Source: a virus (taxonomy: Duplodnaviria; Caudoviricetes). Taken from it: a stretch of DNA of 64,000 nt. A model generated the notes under the pieces. It was not told the DNA's origin, made no database searches, and saw only the letters and a program-made list of their open reading frames with translations. Location of the stretch: IMG/VR virus record IMGVR_UViG_3300033075_001437, positions 32,001-96,000 of that record, one strand, 5' to 3'. Made by a program: the position numbers and the translations under genes. Each line of letters starts with the position of its first letter. Positions within the stretch are counted from its first letter, which is position 1. This document shows, piece after piece, positions 10,751-20,057 of the stretch.

Positions 10751-11275
10751 CTATGTTGTTTTATCGTTTTCTTGCCTTTTAAAGCCAGCTAGTGATCTTG
10801 CTAAATCAGCTTTAATTCTGATTGCTTCGACCATATGATACAGCTTACCAGCTACCATTTGGTATTTGTTAAAAGCTAAATCATTTTTAACCAATTGTTG
10901 ATCTGCCTCAACAATATTCTTAACTTGATCGACAGATAATTTTACATTTTTGTTCGCAGCCTCCTCTTGGACAATTTTAGTAGCTTCACCACGTCTAATT
11001 TTAAGCTGTCTTTCGGCAGCAGTAACCATGAATTTAACTTCAGAATAAACCGCAGCCCAAAAAGCATATTGAGCTGGTATACTCTCCATTTGCGTTTCTA
11101 ATATTTCATAATCAAGATCAAGATCAGGCAACATACTAACATCTATAGATTGGCTTTTGCCGTTTTCATCTTTAGATGGTAATGTAATATTAAATTTAAA
11201 TAATGTTGAACCAGCTAATTCTGGCGGAATATTTTCGTCAACCCAAGAAGGTCGATTTTTATCACTATCACTCAT
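10751..11275 (-). CDS. UvsY-like recombination mediator
   Basis: Long helical protein between ssb and UvsW; size and context fit. Confidence 0.5.
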   Translation of the reverse strand: MSDSDKNRPSWVDENIPPELAGSTLFKFNITLPSKDENGKSQSIDVSMLPDLDLDYEILETQMESIPAQYAFWAAVYSEVKFMVTAAERQLKIRRGEATKIVQEEAANKNVKLSVDQVKNIVEADQQLVKNDLAFNKYQMVAGKLYHMVEAIRIKADLARSLAGFKRQENDKTT

Positions 11276-12474
11276 ATTTTTATTACATCAGTCAGATTTG
11301 CAACTATTTCAGCTTTGTTTACTTTATGTACTTCACAAAGCTCCCACTCTCTCCATTTTTCACCAATACTTACTTTTAACGGGAAAAAAACATCAAATTT
11401 ATCAAAAGGCTTAGACATAATGCTGACTACATTATTGATAATATATCTAATCAAAGTAATATCTTTAGGAACAGATAATATTATAGAGTCATGGATATCG
11501 CCTATAATATATTCCGGAAATAATTTAAAAACTTTATAAATCACATTGTGCATAGCGTGTGCTACAGACCCTTGCATGGATGCATTAAAAATAGATAATT
11601 TAGAATCAGATCTATACACTTTGCCAAGTATTGATTTAAAATAGTTATTAGAAGCTATAAAATCATTAGAATTATTGACCCATTTGTATAAATCACTATA
11701 AACATCAATTATTGGCTCATATTCAACAGACATCGAATTAATAGACATCAATAAAAATTTCTTGCATTCATCTCTCATAATGTTTCCGTCGCTATTACTA
11801 TTTATAATATCGGCTAAATATTGATATGGATCTGACACTTCAAACGATTTATGCAGATTACTATCATTTGATAATATAGATGCTATACGAATATCGGCAC
11901 ATATCCAATCAAAATGCAATAGTAACCCGTTCTCTGTTTTAACATTTGATATTTTAGCTTTATCAGTAAAACCTTGAATATTAAAACCACAAGATTTAGA
12001 CCTACCAGTGAATGTTTCTAACGACCAATTAGGATAAACTAAATCATAATTGTACATTAAGCCATTTTTATTTAAATAATTATAAGCAAATGAAGCATTA
12101 GCTTTTAATTTGTTATATTCAGTTAATTCAACATTATCGAGTTTATCAAGAAATAAGTTTATAACTTTTATGTAATCGTCAAAAGACCCGTATTGTTTAT
12201 CTAATCTTAGACTAATATCATAAAAATTTCCTTCGGCATCAACAATGTCAAACGCATTTATAAATTTTATAATATCATTGCATATAATATCTATCTTGCC
12301 AAAAAACTTTGATACTAACTCCTTAATAGAATTAAAATCATTTATAACATCAATAAGTTTTCTATTGTTACCTTTACGATATAAATCTTTAAATATTCTT
12401 TTACCATTTACAGATATACCTATAACTGCTACACTTTCATTTTCATATACAACAAAAATAGACGCTCTTAACAT
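11272..12474 (-). CDS. minimal family A DNA polymerase-like protein
   Basis: TFTGRS..FNIQ, motif A FDWICADIR, motif B RDECKK, NASMQGSVA, motif C IHDSII; no exonuclease domains. Confidence 0.75.
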   Translation of the reverse strand: MLRASIFVVYENESVAVIGISVNGKRIFKDLYRKGNNRKLIDVINDFNSIKELVSKFFGKIDIICNDIIKFINAFDIVDAEGNFYDISLRLDKQYGSFDDYIKVINLFLDKLDNVELTEYNKLKANASFAYNYLNKNGLMYNYDLVYPNWSLETFTGRSKSCGFNIQGFTDKAKISNVKTENGLLLHFDWICADIRIASILSNDSNLHKSFEVSDPYQYLADIINSNSDGNIMRDECKKFLLMSINSMSVEYEPIIDVYSDLYKWVNNSNDFIASNNYFKSILGKVYRSDSKLSIFNASMQGSVAHAMHNVIYKVFKLFPEYIIGDIHDSIILSVPKDITLIRYIINNVVSIMSKPFDKFDVFFPLKVSIGEKWREWELCEVHKVNKAEIVANLTDVIKI

Positions 12475-12514
12475 ATATTACGATACATAAAACAATGACA
12501 ATTTAAAATTAACA

Positions 12515-14113
12515 TTATAAATATTGTTTCGGAATCCTAAACCTCTTATCTATTAATTCATTGCCACTCATGTGGCCGTTTGGAAACATTATCGTAGTTT
12601 GATAATTCAAATCAACCATGAATTGTAGTCTTTTTCTGGAATGTTCATATAAATATTTATTACATCTATAATAAAAATCAAATACCCTGCTCATGCCTGA
12701 TTCATTAACACGTAATGCACGTCCGACCTTTTGCAAAAATTCCGATCTTAATTTACCGCCAGTTGTTATTATCAAATTGTCACAGCCGCCCTTTAAATCC
12801 AACCCTCTATTTATTATTTTTCCACCTATTAAAACGTCTAATTCTTTTCTTTCAAAAGCTCTTAAAGCTAAATCTCTATTCTTTTTAGATGTTTTGCCAT
12901 GTATAAAATCGCATCTGATATTATTTTCAGCAAGAATTTTGTTTAGTGATTCTCCAAGATTGTCTCTATCAACTATTATCAAAGAATTGTTATTTGTTTT
13001 AACGAAACTCGAACACATATTTTTAATAAGCGTATGAAAATTATTGTTATTAACTATCCAATCATTTATTGCTATATCATATGCAGAACAATCTTTAATA
13101 GACCCGCTCATGCCAAAAGCTATCATGATATAATGGCACGGTATAATTCTGCCAAGATTTTGAACAGTCTCAAGATTTTCTTGAAAGACTATAGAACCAA
13201 GATGTTCTTGAACAGTTAAAGCTTCAACTGGCTTATCTTCATCTATCGGAGTAGCTGAAAAACCAAAACGCTTACGCCCAGTAAACCACTTCTTAAAAAT
13301 ATCCTTCCAAACACCGCTGACAGATCTATCACATTCATCGGCAATTATCATTTCAGCATTTAAAATATATTCACGTAATTTCTTAGCATTTAACAATCTA
13401 GTTTTATATGCTTTAATCTTAGTCCTATATTTATTCTCAGCTTTAATAAATTCTTCTTCATTCTTAAATTCGCTCAATTTCGGAGCAGATGGTAATTTGT
13501 TTGGCAGCATTAATGATTGCGCCGAACCGACAACTATAAGTTGACCGTTAGGACGCTTGCCAGCATAAAACACACCAACATCATCGACAACATCACGTAG
13601 TTCAAGCCTTGCCTTTATTTGATCCACTATAACTTTCATATCAGCTAATATAACTGTAGGGCATTTTATTGCCTTGCATAAACCAGATATGATTTCTGTC
13701 TTGCCACTTCCAGTAGGCAATTGATAAATGCCACAATCAATAGAAAGACTTTTTTTAATAGCATTTATCTGATATTCTTCCAACTTAATACCTGGGAGAT
13801 AATCAGAAGTTATTTCACTTTGGTCAGCAATTTTATGCTCAAATTGTTGCCTCTCATCAATCACAACAAGAGGTAAATTAAATTTTTCGCACACCTGCCT
13901 CAAATATGCAAGCAATGGTCTAGCTATTCTTTTTCTCAATCTGTTATATTTTCGATGTATACCATCCCATTTAACTTGCATTGGGTCAATATATTTATTA
14001 TCTTTAGAAACGCTAAAATTATTCCAAATTATATCTTCTTCGTATGTAGTTATATTGTTTAAATAAATCCAAACATTATCTCTAATTATAGCATCCATTT
14101 TTTCTTTCAACAA
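12515..14113 (-). CDS. uvsW: SF2 DNA helicase (UvsW-like)
   Basis: LPTGSGKT, ADECD, FSATP, RGLD, QKVGRALR. Confidence 0.85.
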   Translation of the reverse strand: MLKEKMDAIIRDNVWIYLNNITTYEEDIIWNNFSVSKDNKYIDPMQVKWDGIHRKYNRLRKRIARPLLAYLRQVCEKFNLPLVVIDERQQFEHKIADQSEITSDYLPGIKLEEYQINAIKKSLSIDCGIYQLPTGSGKTEIISGLCKAIKCPTVILADMKVIVDQIKARLELRDVVDDVGVFYAGKRPNGQLIVVGSAQSLMLPNKLPSAPKLSEFKNEEEFIKAENKYRTKIKAYKTRLLNAKKLREYILNAEMIIADECDRSVSGVWKDIFKKWFTGRKRFGFSATPIDEDKPVEALTVQEHLGSIVFQENLETVQNLGRIIPCHYIMIAFGMSGSIKDCSAYDIAINDWIVNNNNFHTLIKNMCSSFVKTNNNSLIIVDRDNLGESLNKILAENNIRCDFIHGKTSKKNRDLALRAFERKELDVLIGGKIINRGLDLKGGCDNLIITTGGKLRSEFLQKVGRALRVNESGMSRVFDFYYRCNKYLYEHSRKRLQFMVDLNYQTTIMFPNGHMSGNELIDKRFRIPKQYL

Positions 14114-15087
14114 TTACTTATCACTAAATTAACAAATCCATCTAAATTATTGTAATACCAAAATTCCTTACCAGCAGTTCTTATAATACGTGACGATATC
14201 GCTTCGCTGTTAACAACTTCAAACCATTTGATATCTTTCTTACAATAATTAGAATTACAATAATTAGATAAACCAGAACTAACACTTATAAACATATCAC
14301 ATTTATTAAACAAACACGCACACTCTCGTAAAGATAAATCTCCTACAAATACTACCTTATTGCCATACCTCTCACTCAACGTCTTAATTTCACCAGTAAA
14401 TTCTCTCTTACTTATAAAGATAGTAGAATTTTCCTTATGCGACAAGAATCTCTCAACAAAAACCATAGTCCAATTACAATCCCATTGTGATTGCCCGCTC
14501 TCACCGTGAACCTCCATAAGAACTTTATAACTATTCTTATTTGGCAAACTATTATAATAATTGTCAATCTTGTCTATTTCACATTGATATGGATTAAGCA
14601 CTAATTCTAAAGGCAATTCATATGGTATATCGTGATCTTCTAAACCTCTTATCCATGAGCACATAAAACTAGTGCCAAGTTCACCATGTTTAATACTAGT
14701 CCAACTATCAGGGCAAAACATTGGATGTTTTGATATCACAAACTTATCTTTTAACTTTTCCAATAATAAAAGTGTCAAATTTAACGCTTCATTTTTACTA
14801 CTTGATTGATATTCTACCAATTTGTCTATATATGGATTGTTATAAAACGCTGAAGCATATAAAGTAGATGTATGAACAACAATATTATTATTTTCATACT
14901 TATTTCTTATAGGTTTAAGCATTAATGTAGATATCATATTGTCACCATAACAACCAGTTTGTATAATATTTATATCACACAATGGTTTTTTATCGGCGAC
15001 TGTAGTTTTAGCTACTATCAAGTTGCTATTCCTAGCTCTAAGTATTTTAGGCATCTTTTTAACTAAAAGTTTTTTGTAATTCGTCAT
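14107..15087 (-). CDS. GT9-like (heptosyltransferase-fold) glycosyltransferase
   Basis: GCYGDNMIST...NNPYID...LSLRECACL..CDMFISVSSGLS. Confidence 0.7.
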   Translation of the reverse strand: MTNYKKLLVKKMPKILRARNSNLIVAKTTVADKKPLCDINIIQTGCYGDNMISTLMLKPIRNKYENNNIVVHTSTLYASAFYNNPYIDKLVEYQSSSKNEALNLTLLLLEKLKDKFVISKHPMFCPDSWTSIKHGELGTSFMCSWIRGLEDHDIPYELPLELVLNPYQCEIDKIDNYYNSLPNKNSYKVLMEVHGESGQSQWDCNWTMVFVERFLSHKENSTIFISKREFTGEIKTLSERYGNKVVFVGDLSLRECACLFNKCDMFISVSSGLSNYCNSNYCKKDIKWFEVVNSEAISSRIIRTAGKEFWYYNNLDGFVNLVISNC

Positions 15088-15850
15088 TATTGTGAACCCA
15101 AACTAAATTGTTGTGCCACTTCAATGCATTTATTCTATATTCATACTTATAATAAGTATCGACCCACATGGCTATTATCATTCTTGGTTGATACTCATGC
15201 CGTAACGCTAATGATGCACAAAAGAAACCAGAGCCGACAGAATAAAATTTATCAGCTAACCTCATCAACATTATAACTTCACGTCTAGTATATTTTGATA
15301 AATCAACAGTTCCATTAGGAGCTTTACTATGACTTAACCACAATATCCTATGCGTATTTTTATAATTATTTATAATAGATTCTATGTGTTCACTTTTAGT
15401 CCAACTTTGCAATGAGTTATAAACAGATTCTATAGCTATCGTAGGAGCATCGTTAAAATCTCTATATACATCTAATTCATTTTTAGATGGTATAAATATA
15501 GGGCGCTGATCAAAATCGTTTAAACCTAATTCTCTACCAACATATAATGGTGTATCTATTAGCGAATGATCAGCATATTTGTCGTTATATTCAACAAACT
15601 TTATATTTTGTGTTATTTGATGGTAAACATCATATCCAAGTTGCGTAGCTTTTGTAGATCCATCATTTAAATTGTCTATAATTACAATCTTGTTTATAAA
15701 TTCTATATTTTGTAATGCATCAGCATACTGCTTTCTAATAGCTACGTCAACTTTAATTCCATAATGTGAACTTATAGATTTTATTAATGGCAAATTAAAT
15801 AATATATCGCCAAATGAATGCGCTGATTCTACCAATATTTTTTTAGGCAT
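15059..15850 (-). CDS. GT9-like glycosyltransferase
   Basis: SFGDILFNLPLIK...ADKFYSVGSG; paralog-like to the adjacent gene. Confidence 0.65.
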   Translation of the reverse strand: MPKKILVESAHSFGDILFNLPLIKSISSHYGIKVDVAIRKQYADALQNIEFINKIVIIDNLNDGSTKATQLGYDVYHQITQNIKFVEYNDKYADHSLIDTPLYVGRELGLNDFDQRPIFIPSKNELDVYRDFNDAPTIAIESVYNSLQSWTKSEHIESIINNYKNTHRILWLSHSKAPNGTVDLSKYTRREVIMLMRLADKFYSVGSGFFCASLALRHEYQPRMIIAMWVDTYYKYEYRINALKWHNNLVWVHNNDELQKTFS

Positions 15851-16541
15851 TTTTATATTGGTTCACTAAAGTATGATATAAGTTCCATTCATGTTCGTTT
15901 ATCGATTTGTTCCACAAATTTTCACCATTTCTCCACAGATAACAAGCTAAATATTCTCTAACCCACACAAATTTAGCTTGACCTTTATAGTAACATCTGG
16001 CCCACCATTCAGCATCTCCAAGTGCTTTAAAATCTTTATTAAAATATCCGTATTTTGTATGTAATTGGCTCTTCCATAATGGAAAATGGCCGACACCAGA
16101 CTTATCTAAATCACCACAATAATGTCCTGGGCTGCCTGTTCTGTCTGTTTCTTTCAATTCAGACCACTTTTGATTTTCTAAAGCAGTGACTAACCAGCTA
16201 GGATATGCAAAGTCACTATTATTCAGCTCTATAGTGGATATTAATTTCTCATAACAATTATTAGAAACAATATCATCGGTGTTCGCATTTGTCAGATATT
16301 TTGAATTCGATTCTTTAATAGCTATATTCCAAGCTTCATAAACCGACACACGATTGTCTAATTTTATATATTTAACATTATATCTCTTCGGTATGATATC
16401 ATCGTCAACGTCTGGGCTGTCAGCATTTACACATATTATATCCATATCACCTATAATTGACGATTGAAATAGATTGTGTAATCTATTATCTAACCATCTG
16501 CCAGAATTATATAACGAAATGATTGCTGTTAACGATTTCAT
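15843..16541 (-). CDS. GT2 glycosyltransferase
   Basis: IISLYNS..VYEAWNIAIK..YLTNANTDD..GDAEWW. Confidence 0.85.
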   Translation of the reverse strand: MKSLTAIISLYNSGRWLDNRLHNLFQSSIIGDMDIICVNADSPDVDDDIIPKRYNVKYIKLDNRVSVYEAWNIAIKESNSKYLTNANTDDIVSNNCYEKLISTIELNNSDFAYPSWLVTALENQKWSELKETDRTGSPGHYCGDLDKSGVGHFPLWKSQLHTKYGYFNKDFKALGDAEWWARCYYKGQAKFVWVREYLACYLWRNGENLWNKSINEHEWNLYHTLVNQYKNA

Positions 16542-17454
16542 CTAGATACCATTTAATTGTTTGTCTTAAACCATCTCTCAAATTTGTCTTAGCTCTGAAA
16601 CCAAAATTGCTAAAAGACTTTGATACATCTAAGCATCGTTTTGGTTGACCGTCTGGTTTTGCACTATCATATAACACAGTCGTATTATAATCAATTTCTT
16701 CTAAAATTATTTCAAGCAAGTTTTTAATAGATATTTCATTTCCAGACCCTAAGTTTACAGGTTCTGAAGAATTATAATTACATAAAGCTAAATATAACCC
16801 TTCGGCAGCATCTTTAGCGTATAAAAATTCACGTGTCGCTGATCCTGTTCCCCAACATTCGACAGCTTCATTCATCTGTTTCGCTTTAATGCACTTTTTA
16901 ATCAAAGCTGGAATGACATGTGAAGTGTTTAAATCAAAATTATCATGCTTACCATACAGGTTAACTGGCAATATAAATATCGCATTAATATTATATTGTT
17001 TTCTATACGCTAACGTTCCAAAATATGAGTTTAATTTCGCAACCCCATAACTGGCATTAGATTCTTCTGGAAAACCATAATGCATTAAGTATTCTTCCTT
17101 GAATGGCGTTGGGCAAGAATGTGCGTATGAACACACTGTGCCAAGCATGAGTAATTTTTTCAATCCTGTTTTAACAGCAGCGTCTAATACGCAAGTCGAT
17201 ATTCTAGTTGTAGCTGACCATAAATCTGCTGGATTTGTTTTATTTAAACCTATTCCACCACATTGTGCAGCTAAATTTATGACAGCATCTATGTTATTGT
17301 TTTGTATCCATTTTACTAATTCTTTTGTATTTTGGGCATCAACGCCTGTGCGTCTGCTGCCAACTACATATTCGATATTATTTTCTTTAAAATATTCCGA
17401 TATATTTGTGCCTAAGAAACCAGTGCCGCCTAAAATGCCTATTTTATTGTACAT
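16507..17454 (-). CDS. fcl: GDP-L-fucose synthase
   Basis: GGTGFLG, LAAQCGGIGLN, YGVAK, PVNLYG..DNFD..SHVIPAL, WGTGSATREFLY, KPDGQPKR. Confidence 0.92.
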   Translation of the reverse strand: MYNKIGILGGTGFLGTNISEYFKENNIEYVVGSRRTGVDAQNTKELVKWIQNNNIDAVINLAAQCGGIGLNKTNPADLWSATTRISTCVLDAAVKTGLKKLLMLGTVCSYAHSCPTPFKEEYLMHYGFPEESNASYGVAKLNSYFGTLAYRKQYNINAIFILPVNLYGKHDNFDLNTSHVIPALIKKCIKAKQMNEAVECWGTGSATREFLYAKDAAEGLYLALCNYNSSEPVNLGSGNEISIKNLLEIILEEIDYNTTVLYDSAKPDGQPKRCLDVSKSFSNFGFRAKTNLRDGLRQTIKWYLDEIVNSNHFVI

Positions 17455-17464
17455 GCATTATGTA

Positions 17465-17731
17465 CTACTCACCAAGCTTTTTCAAAGCTTCATCCCGTTC
17501 TCTTCGCGTAGCCTCTAAATCAAATTGCAAATTTAACACTATCAACCTAATGTCTTCAATAGACATAGACACATATTGAGTGTAACCTAAAAATGCCATA
17601 TTATAATCATTTATAACATTGCAAACTATCTTGCACAATTTAAAAGCTTTGTCTTCGCATATATCAAGATCTTGACATGTTTTCAACAGTTCTAAAATTA
17701 TTTCATCGCACTTTTTGTTTAGATCATGCAT
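17465..17731 (-). CDS. small coiled-coil protein (FDLEATRRERD family)
   Basis: C-terminal IRL...LQFDLEATRRERD, recalled as a Planctomycetes-conserved motif. Confidence 0.55.
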   Translation of the reverse strand: MHDLNKKCDEIILELLKTCQDLDICEDKAFKLCKIVCNVINDYNMAFLGYTQYVSMSIEDIRLIVLNLQFDLEATRRERDEALKKLGE

Positions 17732-17744
17732 TAGATATGGCCAA

Positions 17745-18125
17745 CTACTTATTGTTTATCATATCTAAAACTTGAGGGCCAACTACATCCCAATTGACAT
17801 ATGGCCGCCCGCCCATCCTTGGGTTTTCACATATTGGGCAACCAAATGCAGCGTCATCTATATATAGATGAGCGTAACATTTCGGCGAAGTAGTCCATGT
17901 TGATTGTGAAGGATTATTATTATGACCGTCAAATTCAACACCATGTTTTTTACAAAACTCTATAGCATCGACTAAATAATCGCCATCGCGCATTGTCCAA
18001 AGAAAAAGCGAAGCACCAGCTTGCTTAAAGGCTTTTAACCATTCGAAAGCACCTGGAACTGGCTTGCCGATTTCTGGATAACAATGGTCAGCTATCGTTC
18101 CGTCAAAGTCTACAGCTATTAACAT
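17745..18125 (-). CDS. HAD-superfamily hydrolase
   Basis: IAVDFDGTI, WTMR, K.YAHLYIDD. Confidence 0.8.
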   Translation of the reverse strand: MLIAVDFDGTIADHCYPEIGKPVPGAFEWLKAFKQAGASLFLWTMRDGDYLVDAIEFCKKHGVEFDGHNNNPSQSTWTTSPKCYAHLYIDDAAFGCPICENPRMGGRPYVNWDVVGPQVLDMINNK

Positions 18126-18143
18126 TTTTTACTCTCTAAATAA

Positions 18144-18215
18144 AGCCGACAATAGGACTTGACCTATAACCGGCTAATTACAAATTAGCTGCTCTACCAA
18201 TTGAGCTATGTTGGT
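18144..18215 (-). tRNA. tRNA-Thr(UGU), degenerate / probable pseudo-tRNA
   Basis: D-arm TAGCTCAATTGGTAGAGC, anticodon arm GCTAA-TTTGTAA-TTAGC; T-loop one base short, two A-C mismatches in the acceptor stem. Confidence 0.8.
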
Positions 18216-18221
18216 GTAATA

Positions 18222-18974
18222 CTATTGTTTTTCAAATCCGTCTTTTACTATTTTTTTACGTTCGACATCTAGGTCTTTAACAGAATACCATATCTTAGCC
18301 CTCTTAAAACCATCGATAACTGTATCAGCGATAAATTCATCAACATATAAACTAACTTGCTTTTTGCCAAGCAGACCATTATATGTGTTGAAACACAACT
18401 TTCTAGGGCAATCGCCAACAAATAACAAAATATGTGCTTTAACATCCGTATTTGGATGGTCAAACTTGATATTGCTTTTAGTATAAAGCTCGCAATTCGG
18501 CAAGACTTTTAATGACTCAAAATCTACTGCTATTCTATTTTGTGTGTCGTTTTTCACTGGTGCTTCCTTAATTTTTTCAGCTTTAATTACTGGCTTTTTA
18601 GCATCAATCGAAGCCGGTTTATTTCCAATCCAATATAATTCGTATGAATTACCGCAATTCGGACAAACAACGCTGTCAGGTCTGGTTATAGCAATAACGT
18701 TCTTACAATTAGAACATATAGCTTTAAAACCATTCGTCGATTCTATAGCGACTATTTTACCTCCAACATCGCTTGGCAATACACGCCTTTGATTTACCTT
18801 TTGGTGTTTATTCGTCCTAATATTATTTACCAAGACATGCCCTAAACGATCAGATTTAGTAAATCTTGAATCAGACACTATAGTATATGAATCATCTGAA
18901 ATCGTACCATTCGGATTTATAACCTTGTATATAAGATTAGAGTCAAATTCTAACCTGCCACCTAAATTAGCCAT
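18222..18974 (-). CDS. hypothetical protein with Zn ribbon
   Basis: CSNC...CPNCG. Confidence 0.65.
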   Translation of the reverse strand: MANLGGRLEFDSNLIYKVINPNGTISDDSYTIVSDSRFTKSDRLGHVLVNNIRTNKHQKVNQRRVLPSDVGGKIVAIESTNGFKAICSNCKNVIAITRPDSVVCPNCGNSYELYWIGNKPASIDAKKPVIKAEKIKEAPVKNDTQNRIAVDFESLKVLPNCELYTKSNIKFDHPNTDVKAHILLFVGDCPRKLCFNTYNGLLGKKQVSLYVDEFIADTVIDGFKRAKIWYSVKDLDVERKKIVKDGFEKQ

Positions 18975-19083
18975 GGAAAAACCCTCAGATAAAACACAAG
19001 ATATATCAAAATCTGTTACATGCGAAGATACAGAAGTTAAAAACGAAAAATACGTTGAATCAGATATCTATAAACCGTTCGAA

Positions 19084-19428
19084 TTAACTATTGACATATT
19101 CGCTGATACTATACCTAAAATCGCAAATATCACTTAAATCACTAGTTATAGGATATGCATCTATAACATAATTTTCAATAGTTTTATCTTCCAATAAAAT
19201 AGCTTTAAAAACGCTTTTTAAATCCTCAGGCTTCTTACAAACTTGAGAAACAATAGCTGTTGCTTCATTGTTATTTTGTAACTCAATTTTTCTAATATCA
19301 GCTAAAAATGTGGCTGCCTTACTAAAATTAGTAAAAATAGGTATAACAAATTCATTTCCAATCTTAATAGAAAAAATAGATTTAGAATAACCATAAGTTA
19401 AGATAGCAACTGGAAATCTAGTAATCAT
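19084..19428 (-). CDS. hypothetical protein
   Basis: 114-aa ORF coupled to nucS; IPIFT motif weakly SseB-like. Confidence 0.5.
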   Translation of the reverse strand: MITRFPVAILTYGYSKSIFSIKIGNEFVIPIFTNFSKAATFLADIRKIELQNNNEATAIVSQVCKKPEDLKSVFKAILLEDKTIENYVIDAYPITSDLSDICDFRYSISEYVNS

Positions 19429-20057
19429 AATTCACCATTGTCAAAATTGTCAAAACCAATTTTCCAAAAACCAATACCCATACTATTGGCATACTTTTCA
19501 GCTTTAGCACCAATATCAGGCGCTGCTAAAATACCTACAACATCGCATATCTTCGAATACTCATCAACATATCTCTTAACTTGACTAACATGAGGTGTAC
19601 TAACTTTTGTCCGTTTAACTTCAATAATATATGTGTTAATATTAGTAAAAACCAAAATATCAACCTTACCTACACCAACATCTACTTCAGTGCACACATC
19701 GATTATATCATATTTAATATAGCTAGTTATATTCCTAACAATTTTATTGACAAGATCACGCTCAGTATTGATTATTACAGGTGATTCATTACCCAACAAT
19801 ACATCATTGATCCAATATAATTCATTATAATTAATACATAACTCCTCATTGTTTTTAGCAGCTTTAATATGTTTATCATTATGCATAATATTAGCACCAG
19901 CAGATAAATAATTAATAGGAGGTGTTAATAAACCATTATGCACCGCTATAGAATTATCATCCTTAATGAAAATAATAAGATTAGTGTTATCTATAAAGCT
20001 ATTAGCTCTACCATCATATTTAACAGAACAATTTGCATAGATCACTTTAGCCATCAA
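19425..20057 (-). CDS. nucS: NucS/EndoMS-like endonuclease
   Basis: ANCSVKYDGRA..IKDDNSIAVH..PINY N-terminal domain; VDIL..IIEVKR..QVKRY; GILAAP. Confidence 0.8.
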   Translation of the reverse strand: MMAKVIYANCSVKYDGRANSFIDNTNLIIFIKDDNSIAVHNGLLTPPINYLSAGANIMHNDKHIKAAKNNEELCINYNELYWINDVLLGNESPVIINTERDLVNKIVRNITSYIKYDIIDVCTEVDVGVGKVDILVFTNINTYIIEVKRTKVSTPHVSQVKRYVDEYSKICDVVGILAAPDIGAKAEKYANSMGIGFWKIGFDNFDNGEL

